Source: Camelus dromedarius (taxonomy: Eukaryota). From it: 64,000 bases of DNA. A model generated the notes under the pieces. It was not told the DNA's origin and made no database searches. It worked only from the letters and a program-made list of their open reading frames with translations. Location of the stretch: assembly GCF_036321535.1 (NCBI RefSeq), contig NC_087436.1, forward strand, positions 14,322,001-14,386,000, read 5' to 3'. The translations under genes and the position numbers were made by a program. Of this stretch, positions 63,478 through 64,000 are shown piece after piece; the stretch's first letter is position 1; every line of letters begins with the position of its first letter.

Positions 63478-64000
63478 AATCCACAAATGACAAATGCTGG
63501 AGAGACTGTGGAGAAAGGGGAGCCCTCCTACACTGCTGGTGGGAATGCAGTTTGGTGCAGCCATTATGAAAAACAGTATGGAGATTCCTCAAAAGACTAG
63601 GAATAGACTTACCATATGACCCAGGAATCCCGCTCCTGGGCATAAATCCAGAAGGAACCCTACTTCAGGATGACACCTGCACCCCAATGTTCATAGCAGC
63701 ACTATTTACAATAGCCAAGACATGGAGACAGCCTAAATGTCCATCAACAGATGACTGGATAAAGAAGATGTGGTATATTTATACAATGGAATACTACTCA
63801 ACCATAAAAAGCGACAACATAACGCTGTCTGCAGCAACGTGGATGTTCCTGGAGAATGTCATTCTAAGTGAATTAAGCCAGAAAGAGAGAGAAAAATACC
63901 ATATGAGATTGCTCATATGTGGAATCTAAAAAAAACACACACACAAAGTGTAAATACAAAACAGAAATAGACTCATAGACATAGAATACAAACTTGTGGT
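63478..64000 (+). mobile_element. Relatively young L1 (end of ORF2 and 3' UTR), running off the window
   Basis: ORF 63687-63929 (MFIAALFTIAKTWRQPKCPSTDDWIKKMWYIYTMEYYS) matches the L1 ORF2 C-terminal region. Confidence 0.92.

Noticed and set aside
1..64000. Prokaryote-style systems (CRISPR arrays, operons, defence loci)
   Set aside because: The sequence is clearly mammalian, with no regularly spaced repeat-spacer array or gene-dense region.

Overview
Mammalian genomic DNA, most likely from a camelid, because it carries several tRNA-derived SINEs resembling the camelid Vic-1 family. The only complete protein-coding region is TIGD4 (27537-29075, +, 512 aa), a domesticated pogo/Tigger transposase whose catalytic triad appears degenerate. 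A CpG island at about 18.3-19.5 kb looks like a bidirectional promoter. It drives TIGD4 rightwards and, by known head-to-head synteny, the non-coding first exon of ARFIP1 leftwards, so 1-18589 is inferred to be ARFIP1 intron 1. The rest of the window is repeat-rich (L1, L2, MIR, MaLR/ERV LTRs, Tigger and hAT MITEs, SINEs). The most interesting candidates are a cluster of cryptic exons with an ATG and a frame-switching A9 run in the ARFIP1 intron, a complex uORF-rich and alternatively spliceable TIGD4 leader, and an LTR-derived element bounded by 129-bp inverted repeats. I found no convincing novel multi-gene system. Repeat family names are from memory and their boundaries are approximate.
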